Assembly (NCBI GenBank): GCA_012799645.1
Contig: JAAZKV010000018.1
Location: forward strand, 41,519 to 105,518
From: Candidatus Iainarchaeum sp.
Lineage (GTDB): Archaea > Iainarchaeota > Iainarchaeia > Iainarchaeales > JAAZKV01
Length of the DNA stretch: 64,000 bases
Direction of reading: 5' to 3'
A program made the position numbers and the translations under genes. The notes beneath the pieces are model-generated. The model was not told where the DNA came from. It did no database searches and worked only from the letters and a program-made list of their open reading frames with translations. Positions 1-10,778 of the stretch are shown here, piece after piece (the stretch's first letter is position 1; each line of letters begins with the position of its first letter).

Positions 1-2
1 AT

Positions 3-3000
3 GAAGTAACATTCACTGTTTTTGATTCTTCGGATAATAAAGTTTTGGAAGGAGTTATGTTAAGTGGTTCCATTAATGAAAATCAATTTGATAGTAAAAC
101 CACTGATTCTAGCGGACAAATAATTATTACTACTATTGGCCCGAATTATAATTTTTATGATTTAGTGATTAATGCTTTTTTCCAAACAAAAGAAACTTTT
201 ATTGCAGAAATATCAGCAAAAAAACTTGGTTATCAAGAAATCAAAAATCAAATTATTTCTTTTGAAAATAAAGAAGTGAAACTAAAATTAAGCAAGCTCC
301 CTATTGATCCAAAGTACAAAGATTCAGTAAAAGTGCATTTAGTGGATCAGGATTCTTTAGAAAAAATAGTTGATTCCACACGCCAAGCACACATATTGTA
401 TGAGTGTAAAAATAGAAGAATTCCTAATGCTCCAATTTTAGTAAAGGATGAAGATGATTTATTTTTGGATGGAACATTTAGTATTAATGAAAATAATTGT
501 CATTTTATAATAACCGAAGCTAGCACTCCTGGATACTTGACTAATGGTGCTTCACAAGAAATAAATCCAACAAAGGATGAAGACACAATTTATTTGAGGA
601 AAGTTAATAACACAGGAACAGCAGTTGTTTTTGTGTATGATAAAAACGGAACAAATGAAAGACCATTAGAAAACATAAATGTAGTATTTAATAAAGGATC
701 AACTACACAACAAGGAATTACGAATGCTTCAGGAATAGTTTCAAAAGATTTAGAGGTTGGTGAATATAAAGTAACAATTGATGAAGATGGTTATTATAGT
801 ATTACTCTTGATAATAACAAGATTGTAAAAGTAAAGAAAGGGTTAAGATCACCAGAACTAAAAATTGAATTAACTCCAATTCCTCCGGAGCTTAGAAGAC
901 AAATTTATTTCAAAGTAATTGATTCAAACAACTTTCCTGTGGAAAACGCAAAAGTTGAGTTTATACAATTATTCAAAGATAAAAACGGAAACATATTTGC
1001 TACTGATCCATCTACAAACGAAAGTGAATACATTACTGCTAGTAACAAGATAAATAATAGAAATAATGATAGAACTGATGGGAATGGTTTGTTTAAACAA
1101 ACCGGTTCGTTAAATAATCTTTCAAAAGATATTTTAGCAATAGTAAAAAAAGAAGGATATGTGGTTAAAATATTTGAACCAAAAATTGTTGATTTGAATT
1201 CTAATTACGAAATAGTAACTTTGATGGATTTGGATGAAGAAAATACAGGGAGTGCAAAAGTAAATATTAAAGAAAAGGATACAAATAAACCAATTCCTTT
1301 TGCAACCACATATCTTTACCAAACAATTCAAATAAATGATAAAAATATTTTTGGAGTGAGAGTTGAAAAAAATGGAAAAGAAACAACAAGAGAAGGAAGT
1401 GCAGAGTTTTTGTTACTTGAACCAGGAATTTATTCTGCGGGAGGAGAATTTAAAGAAAAATATTTTTCAGGGATTACTCCTGAAAAAACAATTGATGCGA
1501 ATGAAAAAGTTGATTTTAATATCTACCTAAATTTTAGACTTAGTTCATTAAACATAAAATTAATTAATGCGACAACAAGAGAGCAAATTGCTGGAACTGT
1601 TGAAATAAATTATGTGAATTCGGACGGGACAAAAACTTTAGCAGAAAACTTCAACACCACCACTCAAGGATATTTTGAAAGTAAATTAGGTTATGAAGCT
1701 AATGCAAAATTATTTATTAAAGCGACCGCAACAAATTATGTTAATAGTTTTTTGTCAATAAATGGTGATGTTCCACTAAATGTTGGAGAAAACAATATTT
1801 CAATTTTAATGGTTCCAAAATCCGATCTTGATTTTGATAATGGTGGAACAAATAACAGAAACACTTACACTATTGATGGAAATAATTTGTGTTTAAGAAC
1901 AGCTTCGAACAGAACTTGCACTCCAATCCTTAACCCTAATGAAAGTATTTTTAATGGAATAAAAATCAAAAACAACAAAACTTGTGCTCTAAACAAAGCA
2001 GATTATTCAATAATTTGTGACGGAACTAAATATTATTACTCATCAAGAGTGAATGTATTTTTTGATAATTATTATAATTTAGATGATGATTATTTAAACA
2101 ACACCAGCACCATAAATGGATTATCCTCATCAAACGAGTATTATGTTAGAAACCTTGTAACAATTAATGGAAATGTAACATACAATGAACTCTTATCAAT
2201 GTTAAGAATTAGTGGACCTGGAATTGTAAATGATGTGCAAGTGAGTATTCCTCCAAGAAAAAAAAATAACAAATTTGATTGCAACAATACTGGGTTTGAT
2301 AATATAATAAGGGTTAAAGATAATAATTACTATTTCCCTGATACAAATTGTACAAAAACTAATCCTTTAAAAAATATTCAAAGTGGGTTTGGTTGGGGAG
2401 CTGAACCATTAGAAAAAGGAACTTACTTTTTTATGACTAGAATTAAAACTGATTCAAACTCTGATGGAAATATTTTGAAACTAAATTTTAGAGCAAAAGA
2501 AATTGATAATAATGGAAGCACTGAAACATTACTGCTTACTGAAAATAGAGTGATTGGAGAAATTGATGCTAATGGATTGTTTTTTGTGATAAAGTATGAA
2601 GACAAAGAAATGAGTATTAAAGAATCAGCCCCTCAATCAAGTTCAAATAAACTTACACTAACCCCAAATATTTCAAACAAAATCAGAATACAAATTGTGA
2701 ATAGAACTATTGATGATTTTTCAAATGGATCTACATTAACTGTTTATTCACACAATAGTAGTTCTGGTTTTAATTCAAGTGAGTTGAAAGGGGATTTATA
2801 TTTTGACTCGGATAAAAACAAAAGCAAACTAATTAGTAATAATGTGAATGTTGGCGCATATAAGGAAAGTAATTTTTATGATGTTGATTTGTTTATGGAG
2901 GATAAAAAAAGTGCGTATCTTGTTGTTGTATTAAAGAAAGGAGATGTTGAGAAAAAAATATTTGTTCCTGTTGAAACTAATGGAAAAATTTTAGATCTTA

Positions 3001-4760
3001 AAAGTTATTGTTTTGTTGCTGGACACCCTGGCCAAACTTCTTGGTTGAGGTTTGGAGCAAGAAATGGAACTGATGAGGGAATAAAAATTATTTCAGCAGA
3101 ACTAAAAACTTATAAAAATTGTAATCAAAGCCAAAACCCTGTGGAAATCAAAAATTTGAAAAGTAATGATTCAATTATTTCAACAGTATTTAGTGAAAGT
3201 TATGATGGCACTGATTGTATGAAGTATAAAGTTAATGCAGCAAGTGGTTCTGCAAAATACAATGAATTAGTTGGAACTATTTATGCTGGTAGTTGTGGAT
3301 CGCCTGACATTACACTTGGTTGTGTTATGGTTGATTTGAACCAAAATATTGAAGAAATTAATTTGGATTGGGGCAAAAAAACAGATTTGAGAATTACTAA
3401 TCGCTGTGATGTTCCAATTAATGTAAAAATTGAGTCAGGGTTAATTTGTAAAGTAAAAGGCACTCAAACTGATTGTTCTACAGAAACAACAATAAACCAA
3501 TTTTCAGAAAAAAGTTATGAAGTTACTGCAATTAATCTTTCATACAATCATTCAGCACCAACACCAAATTTTAGTGATGTGCTGGGTTATTACCCAATTT
3601 ATGTTAAAGCAAAATTAATGAATCAAACAAAAAATAGTTATTCTCTTGCAAAAATAGCAAAAGTGCATGTGTATAATAGTGGAGAGTGTTTTTCTATTTC
3701 GCAAGATTATTTTGATTTTACTACTGTGGATTCAATTTCGTTGTCAATAAACAATCGTTGTCAATACACCGGAATTAACAGTTATTTTATTCCAAAAGCC
3801 ACTCTAAATTCTTTTGGGTATAAATTAAATTTGAATAAACCAAGTTACAATACAGTTCAATTTACTCCAAAATTAATTATTAGCGGTGGAACTTATGATT
3901 TTAGAACAACAACTTCAACAGTGGAGGGAAATTCAGGGTATGTTAAAGCAGATCTTGGAAGAGGAATCCCTGTTGAAGGGACAGAATATTCACGTTACAA
4001 TAATTTAGTGTTTAATTTTGATGAAAGTAAAGATTTGAACACAAGTTGGTTACAAATAAGGTTCACTGACCAAAATAATTATGATTCAAATTATGATGTA
4101 AATAAACCTTATGGGGCACAAATAATTCACCCAATCAAAATAACTTATTCTGATGGAGGAGTCGCAGAGTATAATTCAAATTCAACAAGAAATTTTGATA
4201 TTAATTCACAACAAGACCCAATATGTATTGGAAATGAAACACTAGGCAAATGTGAAATTATATCAGAAAACAACATAGAAGTTGCAGGATTATTTTACAT
4301 TAATTTTGACACTAACAAAAAAATAAAAAAAGTTGAATTTAGTGTTTATGGAAATTCAGATACAAGTAATCTTGAGTTAATGATTCAAAAAAATATTTAT
4401 ACTACTGTAACAACAACCGTGCCTGTTTTTAGTGGAAATGAAAATAGTAATGAAATCAATCTTGTAAATGGGAGTTTTTCAATCCCTGCAATTGAAGGAG
4501 CTGAATACGAATTATTGGATATTAATAGAATTAGTGCATTTAAAAGTCCGGCTTTGTTGGGAATGGTTAATCCAAAAATACGTTTAGTTTCAGGAAACCC
4601 TAATGTACAAGTTTGGATTAGTGGAAATAGGTTGTATGGAAAATTTATTGGAAATGATGTGTCCGAATTTAATGATGGAAATATAAGTGGGAGAATTGAG
4701 AAAACATTTGCAACAGGAAATAGTCTTGGAATAATTGATGTAACTGATTTTGTTAAATAA
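3..4760 (+). CDS. Giant surface/secreted protein with carboxypeptidase-regulatory/Cna-B-like beta-sandwich repeats (5' truncated by window)
   Basis: Frame open from base 3 (EVTFTVFDSSDNKVLEG...). Repeated 'V.D....P+ENA.V...T...G' beta-sandwich motifs, N/T/S-rich, paired Cys. Confidence 0.7.
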   Translation, partial: EVTFTVFDSSDNKVLEGVMLSGSINENQFDSKTTDSSGQIIITTIGPNYNFYDLVINAFFQTKETFIAEISAKKLGYQEIKNQIISFENKEVKLKLSKLPIDPKYKDSVKVHLVDQDSLEKIVDSTRQAHILYECKNRRIPNAPILVKDEDDLFLDGTFSINENNCHFIITEASTPGYLTNGASQEINPTKDEDTIYLRKVNNTGTAVVFVYDKNGTNERPLENINVVFNKGSTTQQGITNASGIVSKDLEVGEYKVTIDEDGYYSITLDNNKIVKVKKGLRSPELKIELTPIPPELRRQIYFKVIDSNNFPVENAKVEFIQLFKDKNGNIFATDPSTNESEYITASNKINNRNNDRTDGNGLFKQTGSLNNLSKDILAIVKKEGYVVKIFEPKIVDLNSNYEIVTLMDLDEENTGSAKVNIKEKDTNKPIPFATTYLYQTIQINDKNIFGVRVEKNGKETTREGSAEFLLLEPGIYSAGGEFKEKYFSGITPEKTIDANEKVDFNIYLNFRLSSLNIKLINATTREQIAGTVEINYVNSDGTKTLAENFNTTTQGYFESKLGYEANAKLFIKATATNYVNSFLSINGDVPLNVGENNISILMVPKSDLDFDNGGTNNRNTYTIDGNNLCLRTASNRTCTPILNPNESIFNGIKIKNNKTCALNKADYSIICDGTKYYYSSRVNVFFDNYYNLDDDYLNNTSTINGLSSSNEYYVRNLVTINGNVTYNELLSMLRISGPGIVNDVQVSIPPRKKNNKFDCNNTGFDNIIRVKDNNYYFPDTNCTKTNPLKNIQSGFGWGAEPLEKGTYFFMTRIKTDSNSDGNILKLNFRAKEIDNNGSTETLLLTENRVIGEIDANGLFFVIKYEDKEMSIKESAPQSSSNKLTLTPNISNKIRIQIVNRTIDDFSNGSTLTVYSHNSSSGFNSSELKGDLYFDSDKNKSKLISNNVNVGAYKESNFYDVDLFMEDKKSAYLVVVLKKGDVEKKIFVPVETNGKILDLKSYCFVAGHPGQTSWLRFGARNGTDEGIKIISAELKTYKNCNQSQNPVEIKNLKSNDSIISTVFSESYDGTDCMKYKVNAASGSAKYNELVGTIYAGSCGSPDITLGCVMVDLNQNIEEINLDWGKKTDLRITNRCDVPINVKIESGLICKVKGTQTDCSTETTINQFSEKSYEVTAINLSYNHSAPTPNFSDVLGYYPIYVKAKLMNQTKNSYSLAKIAKVHVYNSGECFSISQDYFDFTTVDSISLSINNRCQYTGINSYFIPKATLNSFGYKLNLNKPSYNTVQFTPKLIISGGTYDFRTTTSTVEGNSGYVKADLGRGIPVEGTEYSRYNNLVFNFDESKDLNTSWLQIRFTDQNNYDSNYDVNKPYGAQIIHPIKITYSDGGVAEYNSNSTRNFDINSQQDPICIGNETLGKCEIISENNIEVAGLFYINFDTNKKIKKVEFSVYGNSDTSNLELMIQKNIYTTVTTTVPVFSGNENSNEINLVNGSFSIPAIEGAEYELLDINRISAFKSPALLGMVNPKIRLVSGNPNVQVWISGNRLYGKFIGNDVSEFNDGNISGRIEKTFATGNSLGIIDVTDFVK

Positions 4761-4868
4761 AAATCAGGATACGAGGGTGTGGGATAAATTAAATAAAAGA
4801 AATAAGTTAAATAAAAGAAAATATGTAATAATAAAAGGGAATGTATAATCATAAGGCAAAAAAAAGAA

Positions 4869-6554
4869 GTGAATTTTATGAATTATAAAAAGTATTTAGT
4901 TTTTGGTTTAGTAATTCTACTACTTTGTCCACAATTTTTCGCAATGTATACCTCAGAAGATATTACTTGGAATGGGTTTGTTGAAATATTTTTTGACAAC
5001 GAAACTTTTGATTCAAGTAGTGAAATCACTGGATCTATTTTTGTTAATAATATTGAGGATTATCCAATAATTGGGGGAAGATTAGTTTTACAAGTAGTGG
5101 AGATAAATCCTAACCAATCAAATGATTCTTTAAAGGAAAATATTGTGTATGAAACAAGTGTTGATAATATTTGGATAATCCCAGTTTATGGAAAAAAAAT
5201 TGAGTTTAAATTACCTAAATTGAGTGGTGGAAATTACCGACTCGATACTTATTTTTGGGTGTTAAAATCTAAAATGGTTGGATCAAGCGCAATATTGTAC
5301 AACCCAATATCCAAAAATTTTTCGGTTAAAGGACCTGAAAAAAGCAAAGTTGTTATTTTGAGGGATAAAACTTATTTTGGAAATAATGTTAAGGATCAAG
5401 TTGGTTTTCCTGCAATTGGTGGAAAAGAGTTTAGTGGAAAAATTTTTATAAAAAACGAATCAAGTAAAGAAAAAAAAGATTTATCATTAATTGTTACAAT
5501 TTGTGATTGGGCTAGTGCTTTTTGTAATGAAGAAATAATTACAAAAGAAATAAAAATAAATAATATTTTGGCTAATGAAGAGAAAGAAATTGATGTGTCT
5601 TTAATCGCTCCAAAAATTCCTTCAGCGTATGAAATAAATCTAAAATTGGTTGGTGATGGGAGCATTGAATCAATTTACAAAAACAGAGTTATTGTTACTG
5701 GACCCACTGCTAAGTTAAGAAAAATATTTATGACAGGAATTGAAAATGAAAATTATGGTTTTACAGCAACATTCACTGGAAGTCCTGATCACTTCACTTA
5801 CCCTGTGTTTGAAAATTTTGAAATAAAATTTGAATTGTATAATTTAAACAAAAAACTTGAAGAAAAAAGCGAAACAATAAACAAATTAAGCACAACTGAA
5901 TTGGATTCCAAATATTTCAAAGTTGATTCAAAAGAGTTTGATAAAGCGTGTGTTTTGATTACAAAAGAAAATATTGTTTATGAAAAAGAGTGTTTTGAAA
6001 TTAATCTTAAAGAATTAAAAAATAGTTACGAGTCAGTTTACCCAACTCTTGTTGATGTGGAATGGAATTATAATGAAGATAATGAGGTGCTCGAAATTGT
6101 TTTAAAAAAAGATTTAATTAATGCAAAAATAATTTTATTATCAGAGGATAGAACTATTTTTGAAAAAAAAGTGGTTGGTAAAGTGAATAAGTACTCAACA
6201 ACTTTTTCCACTCCTAAAAGAACCATTTTGTTGTTAGTTGATGATTTGGATGCTCTAATTCAACAATCATTTACTTTATCGCTTGATCCAAAAGTTGATT
6301 TGACAAAAAGTGTTGCGGATGATTTTAGTCAAGAAAAAACAATTTGCTCAGGAAGTATGTGCCCAAACGGGTATATTTGTAGTGGACAAACATACAATAC
6401 TGATGAGGGAGTTTGTTGCCCAACAGAGTGTATAAAACAAACAGAGTATGATTCGCAAGAAAGTTTAATACCAAATATTCTTTTTGTTTCAATAATATTT
6501 TTGGTTATAGCAATATTTGTTGCATTTTCTACTTTTAAGAAGGTGAAAAAATGA
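4869..6554 (+). CDS. Secreted, C-terminally membrane-anchored Ig-like surface protein
   Basis: N-terminal signal peptide, Cys-rich juxtamembrane motif (CSGSMCPNGYIC...CCPTEC), C-terminal TM helix plus KKVKK tail. Confidence 0.7.
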   Translation: MNFMNYKKYLVFGLVILLLCPQFFAMYTSEDITWNGFVEIFFDNETFDSSSEITGSIFVNNIEDYPIIGGRLVLQVVEINPNQSNDSLKENIVYETSVDNIWIIPVYGKKIEFKLPKLSGGNYRLDTYFWVLKSKMVGSSAILYNPISKNFSVKGPEKSKVVILRDKTYFGNNVKDQVGFPAIGGKEFSGKIFIKNESSKEKKDLSLIVTICDWASAFCNEEIITKEIKINNILANEEKEIDVSLIAPKIPSAYEINLKLVGDGSIESIYKNRVIVTGPTAKLRKIFMTGIENENYGFTATFTGSPDHFTYPVFENFEIKFELYNLNKKLEEKSETINKLSTTELDSKYFKVDSKEFDKACVLITKENIVYEKECFEINLKELKNSYESVYPTLVDVEWNYNEDNEVLEIVLKKDLINAKIILLSEDRTIFEKKVVGKVNKYSTTFSTPKRTILLLVDDLDALIQQSFTLSLDPKVDLTKSVADDFSQEKTICSGSMCPNGYICSGQTYNTDEGVCCPTECIKQTEYDSQESLIPNILFVSIIFLVIAIFVAFSTFKKVKK

Positions 6555-9067
6555 ATAAAAAAATTATTTTAATAACAATAATTTTTGCGATAATTTTTTC
6601 ACAAATAATTTTTGTTTCAGCAGCAAATAATTGTAAGATAATACACTGTTTTAATCCTATTAAAACTACTGAAAGTAATCCACAATTCCAAATTACTAAT
6701 GATAGTTGTTATGCAACAATTAAGTTTGATATGGATGGAGTGCAGTATAATCATTTTGGGGTTCGTGGTCTTCAAGTTACTTCAACAGGATTTGGACAAT
6801 ACAATTTAGTGTGTGATAATGGAGTGCCACTTAGTGCAAAAGAATTTTTAATTCAACGAGTAACTCATTTACCTTCTGGAACAATTAGTGAAAAAGGAAA
6901 CAGAAGTGGAGATAGCACAATACCATTGAGTGCAGGAAGAAATTATTGTGTTGGGCCAGCGGCTTGTCCAACCGGGAAGGGGGAACTTGTTGGAAAAGGA
7001 GAAACAAATAAAATTACTTATACCTTCAATGATATTGGTGGATATAATTACAAACTTTACCAAGCAATAAACCCCGTAGCAAATATAAAACCAACAAATT
7101 TGAGATTAAAAACAAATAGTGATCAAAATTATTACATTGGAGCCCCTTCATTAATCGTATTGGGCCCAAATGACATTAATAGTGGTTTTTATGAAACAAA
7201 CTCAAATTATGTAAAAGAAATTACTTTTACTTTGTTGAATAAATCACCACTAAAACTAAAATTAGAAAATTATGAAATAAAATGTCCAGGTGCTAGTTGT
7301 CAAATAGATAGAAATTATATTAACCATTATGTAAGTGCGGGTAGTGGAGAACTTGTTATAAGAGGGACTATTACAATTAATAAAAGAAAATTAAACACAA
7401 CTCCGCAAATTAGTGGGGTAGTTCGTCTTGATGTTAATTATTTGGCGGTTGATTTGAACAAACCAACTTGTAGAGATTATTACAAAAATATGACTTCTTC
7501 ACATTACATGAGTTTTAATTATGGAAAACTTGATTCTCAAAAATTCCAAATAGGGCTTGATTCAGAAGTTAATTATGATGGGTGTGTTGGCGAGGATGGA
7601 ATGATTGGAGTAACTGGGGAGGATGTGGTCCCAAGAATAAATATTGGGTTTGGTGGAAAAGAAACTGATGGATTGGTTTCAATTGATGAGTGTGATAGTT
7701 TTGATTTGGAAGGAAACAATAATTCGGATTGGGTTTATTGTTCTAAAAAAGAATTTTTGGTTGAACTTGCAAGAAAAATTTTGAGAACTTGGAAAATACA
7801 AGAAAGAATTAATAATGAGTTACACCAAACAGGACGCGAACCAAACAACGCTTTACTTTATCAACTTGATGCAAATAAAAGTAAGCTTTTAACTTTTAAA
7901 ACAAATATTAGAAAACAATCATTTACTCCACAAAAAATTCAAGAATCATTAAATGCATTAGAAATAAAACTAAACCAATATTTCCTAAAAAGTGGTTTGG
8001 CACAAGAATTAGATAGAACAGATGTGGGCACACAAAAAAATGTGATGAGAAAATTATTCAATAAAGTAAAATTCACTTTTAATGGAAATGAATTCAATAA
8101 TGGAAATATGAATGTGCTTAATACTGGAGAATACCTTGTTAATATTAAAATTGACCAAAATTTTGAAAAATCAACCCAACCGTATTTATTTATTGATAAT
8201 GATTTTAGAAAAGATATAAATCCAAATGTAAACATAGTTGTTGATTTTATTTCAGACGGGGAAACAAATGTTGAGCCGAATTGGTTCTTTTATGATTTCG
8301 AAGATGAGGATTTTGATGACTTAATTGTAACTAATTCACACAGTGATTTTTTTAACACAAATATAAATAATAGAGGAAAACTTTTGGTGTTAGAACAAAA
8401 TTTTAATTCACCAGATATTAACAAATATGTTTTTTCTCCAAGTTATGCAGTGCCAATTTTTGTTGGACTTAAAACTAATCAAAGCGGGGATATGAATAGG
8501 AACTTTTCAGTACAAATAACTGGAAGAAATATTAATGAGTTTAGTTCTTGGACAGGAATTGCTAGTTCGGTAGAAAACGGGTGCATTGATGTAACAAAAC
8601 CAATTGGTGAAGTTTTACCCCCTTTACCTTACAGAGAGTTTGATTCAAAAGACCCAAAAACAACTAATGGTTATTATTTTTCACAATTTGATGGAAATTT
8701 ACTTCCAAATAAAACAATTTATCTCCAAACAATACTATTTTGGCCAAATAATTCTCCTACTGATACAACAATGAGCGCAAATTTTAGTGTTTATACAAAA
8801 GATAAAGATAACAAAACAGGGCCAATAATAATTAATAAAGTTGATTCTGAATTTAGAGTGAACAGTTTAAGTGATGTGGTTAGTGGAATAAAGGATAAAA
8901 AAATTTGTGTGCATAAAACAATTTCTTCAAATAATTCAAATATCTGGACTATATTTTGGAACACAAAAAGTATTTATGAAACAATTTCGGACAGGAAAGA
9001 AAATATTATTGTTAAAACAAATAAAGATGCAAATATTTGTCAAGAAAGAAAATACCTTGGAAGTTAA
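6551..9067 (+). CDS. Large secreted Cys-containing hypothetical surface protein
   Basis: Signal peptide MNKKIILITIIFAIIFSQIIFVSA. ATGA overlap with the upstream gene. 838 aa. Confidence 0.7.
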   Translation: MNKKIILITIIFAIIFSQIIFVSAANNCKIIHCFNPIKTTESNPQFQITNDSCYATIKFDMDGVQYNHFGVRGLQVTSTGFGQYNLVCDNGVPLSAKEFLIQRVTHLPSGTISEKGNRSGDSTIPLSAGRNYCVGPAACPTGKGELVGKGETNKITYTFNDIGGYNYKLYQAINPVANIKPTNLRLKTNSDQNYYIGAPSLIVLGPNDINSGFYETNSNYVKEITFTLLNKSPLKLKLENYEIKCPGASCQIDRNYINHYVSAGSGELVIRGTITINKRKLNTTPQISGVVRLDVNYLAVDLNKPTCRDYYKNMTSSHYMSFNYGKLDSQKFQIGLDSEVNYDGCVGEDGMIGVTGEDVVPRINIGFGGKETDGLVSIDECDSFDLEGNNNSDWVYCSKKEFLVELARKILRTWKIQERINNELHQTGREPNNALLYQLDANKSKLLTFKTNIRKQSFTPQKIQESLNALEIKLNQYFLKSGLAQELDRTDVGTQKNVMRKLFNKVKFTFNGNEFNNGNMNVLNTGEYLVNIKIDQNFEKSTQPYLFIDNDFRKDINPNVNIVVDFISDGETNVEPNWFFYDFEDEDFDDLIVTNSHSDFFNTNINNRGKLLVLEQNFNSPDINKYVFSPSYAVPIFVGLKTNQSGDMNRNFSVQITGRNINEFSSWTGIASSVENGCIDVTKPIGEVLPPLPYREFDSKDPKTTNGYYFSQFDGNLLPNKTIYLQTILFWPNNSPTDTTMSANFSVYTKDKDNKTGPIIINKVDSEFRVNSLSDVVSGIKDKKICVHKTISSNNSNIWTIFWNTKSIYETISDRKENIIVKTNKDANICQERKYLGS

Positions 9068-9234
9068 TTAAATATTAAAAAATTGAGAAATTATTGAACA
9101 AGTGCTAATTAGAAATAATGATTAAAATTAAACAATAATTAAAAGAACTAATTAAACATATTAAACAATAATTAGAAATAATGAGTAGAATGATTAGTGT
9201 TAATTGAATATTGAATATGATTAATTGATTATAG

Positions 9235-10044
9235 TTAAGTGAATAGAGCTAGGTAAATTAAGAATAGTGCTAAAATTATTATCAAAATTAGTACTGCTTT
9301 TGTTGAAAAAATACTTAAATCTATTTTAATTTTTGGAAAACTTTTTTTTTGTTTTGTTTTAGTTTCGGGTTTGTTTTTAATTTTTTTTTGAATTGTTTTT
9401 TTCGTATCAGAAAATAGTTCTTTTGTGTATATCCACCAATTTTTTGGTTTTTTTAAATCATTAAGAGTATCTTTTGTTAGTTCAGTGTACCCTTTTTCTC
9501 TTGGAAGGATTTTGTCCATTCCAATTATTTCTTCATTTAGTGTGTTTATTTTTATTTCAAATTCTTTACCAGCCACTTTTACTTTAATTAAATAATATGC
9601 TAATAAAACTTTTCTTGTACTCGTAATTATTACATTTTGTTTTGGCACTCCAAAATACTCCGCTGTTTTTAGTTGAATCACTTCGTTTTGTTGATTTTTA
9701 TTAATGTTGTTCCATTTTTCTTGGAATTTTTCTTTGGGAGTTGTTTGAGTGGATTTGCTCCAACTATGTTTTATTAATTCAACTAGATCTTCTTCTATTT
9801 TTATTGAGTGTCCATCAATTACAAGCACTCCATCAAATGTGTCTTTTATTATTTCTTTTTTGTCATCTTTGTGTTCAGTGTAGTAGTGATAGTTGTATAA
9901 AAAATATGGCACAAGAATTAGTGTTGGTTGTTTTATTTCTATTTCTTTTTCGCGCCAATCAAGTTTTGTTAATTTTTCTTTTATTTGTTGATTTATTTTT
10001 GGTATTGAAGCATTAATGGGCAATAAGGGACTGCTTAAATACAT
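9235..10044 (-). CDS. Hypothetical protein with C-terminal membrane anchor
   Basis: 269 aa ORF ending in a hydrophobic helix, downstream of and co-oriented with sepF. Confidence 0.6.
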   Translation of the reverse strand: MYLSSPLLPINASIPKINQQIKEKLTKLDWREKEIEIKQPTLILVPYFLYNYHYYTEHKDDKKEIIKDTFDGVLVIDGHSIKIEEDLVELIKHSWSKSTQTTPKEKFQEKWNNINKNQQNEVIQLKTAEYFGVPKQNVIITSTRKVLLAYYLIKVKVAGKEFEIKINTLNEEIIGMDKILPREKGYTELTKDTLNDLKKPKNWWIYTKELFSDTKKTIQKKIKNKPETKTKQKKSFPKIKIDLSIFSTKAVLILIIILALFLIYLALFT

Positions 10045-10092
10045 AAATTCACAGTCCTTTTATTTTACCTCATTAAAATTATTTTTCAAAAT

Positions 10093-10452
10093 CTATTTCT
10101 TTTTTATGATTTTTACTTTTGCTGGTGTCACTAGTAATCTTTCTTGTGATATTGCTGCGATATCCCCGTCAATTTTTTTGATTTCTGCTTTGATATCCGC
10201 AATTAGTTCTCTTAGTTTTGTTGCGTTTCTTTTCTTTAAATCAGCAATATTTACTAGAACAATGTTTCCAGCTTTTGCTTCATTTATTACTGCAGTTGCG
10301 TCAGCATCAACTATTAGATCTAATGGTTTAACGAACGCATCAGCATTTTCATAAGATTCCTCTTCAATTTGATCCATGTTGTTTAAAACTTCTTCTAAAT
10401 CAACTGTTTCAGATTTTGCCATAACTTTTCTAAAAAAACCCAAAATAACCAC
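10093..10452 (-). CDS. sepF: Cell division protein SepF
   Basis: GNIVLVNI...IDGDIAAI...LLVTPAKVKI SepF core with an amphipathic N-terminus (GFFRKVM). Confidence 0.9.
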   Translation of the reverse strand: MVILGFFRKVMAKSETVDLEEVLNNMDQIEEESYENADAFVKPLDLIVDADATAVINEAKAGNIVLVNIADLKKRNATKLRELIADIKAEIKKIDGDIAAISQERLLVTPAKVKIIKKK

Positions 10453-10560
10453 CCCGCTTCAAAAGCGACTCTAATAGATGTTTTTATCCAAAACATATAA
10501 AAAGCCCTCGTTAGAAAGTTTGGATTTCAAACCCCAAATGTATTAATCAAACAATCAACC

Positions 10561-10607
10561 ATTATTAGTGGAAGTTCAATCGCTTGGTGGGAACTTCCAT
10601 TAATAAT
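10561..10607. promoter_or_regulatory. 17-bp inverted repeat upstream of cdc6 (candidate Orc1/Cdc6 binding site)
   Basis: ATTATTAGTGGAAGTTC-n13-GAACTTCCATTAATAAT (16/17 complementary), followed by an A/T-rich tract up to the cdc6 SD. Confidence 0.5.
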
Positions 10608-10778
10608 TTGTTTGGGAAAAAATTATTTTATAACAAAATTAAAAAAAATAAAAGAACATAAAAAAATTAAAAGAATTAAAATAAAAAATTTTAAAAAAAT
10701 TTTTTGAAAATTAATGAAAATTTAATGAAACAAAATAATTTTTGAATAAAATAATTTTTTAGGATTAGGTGATTAAAG

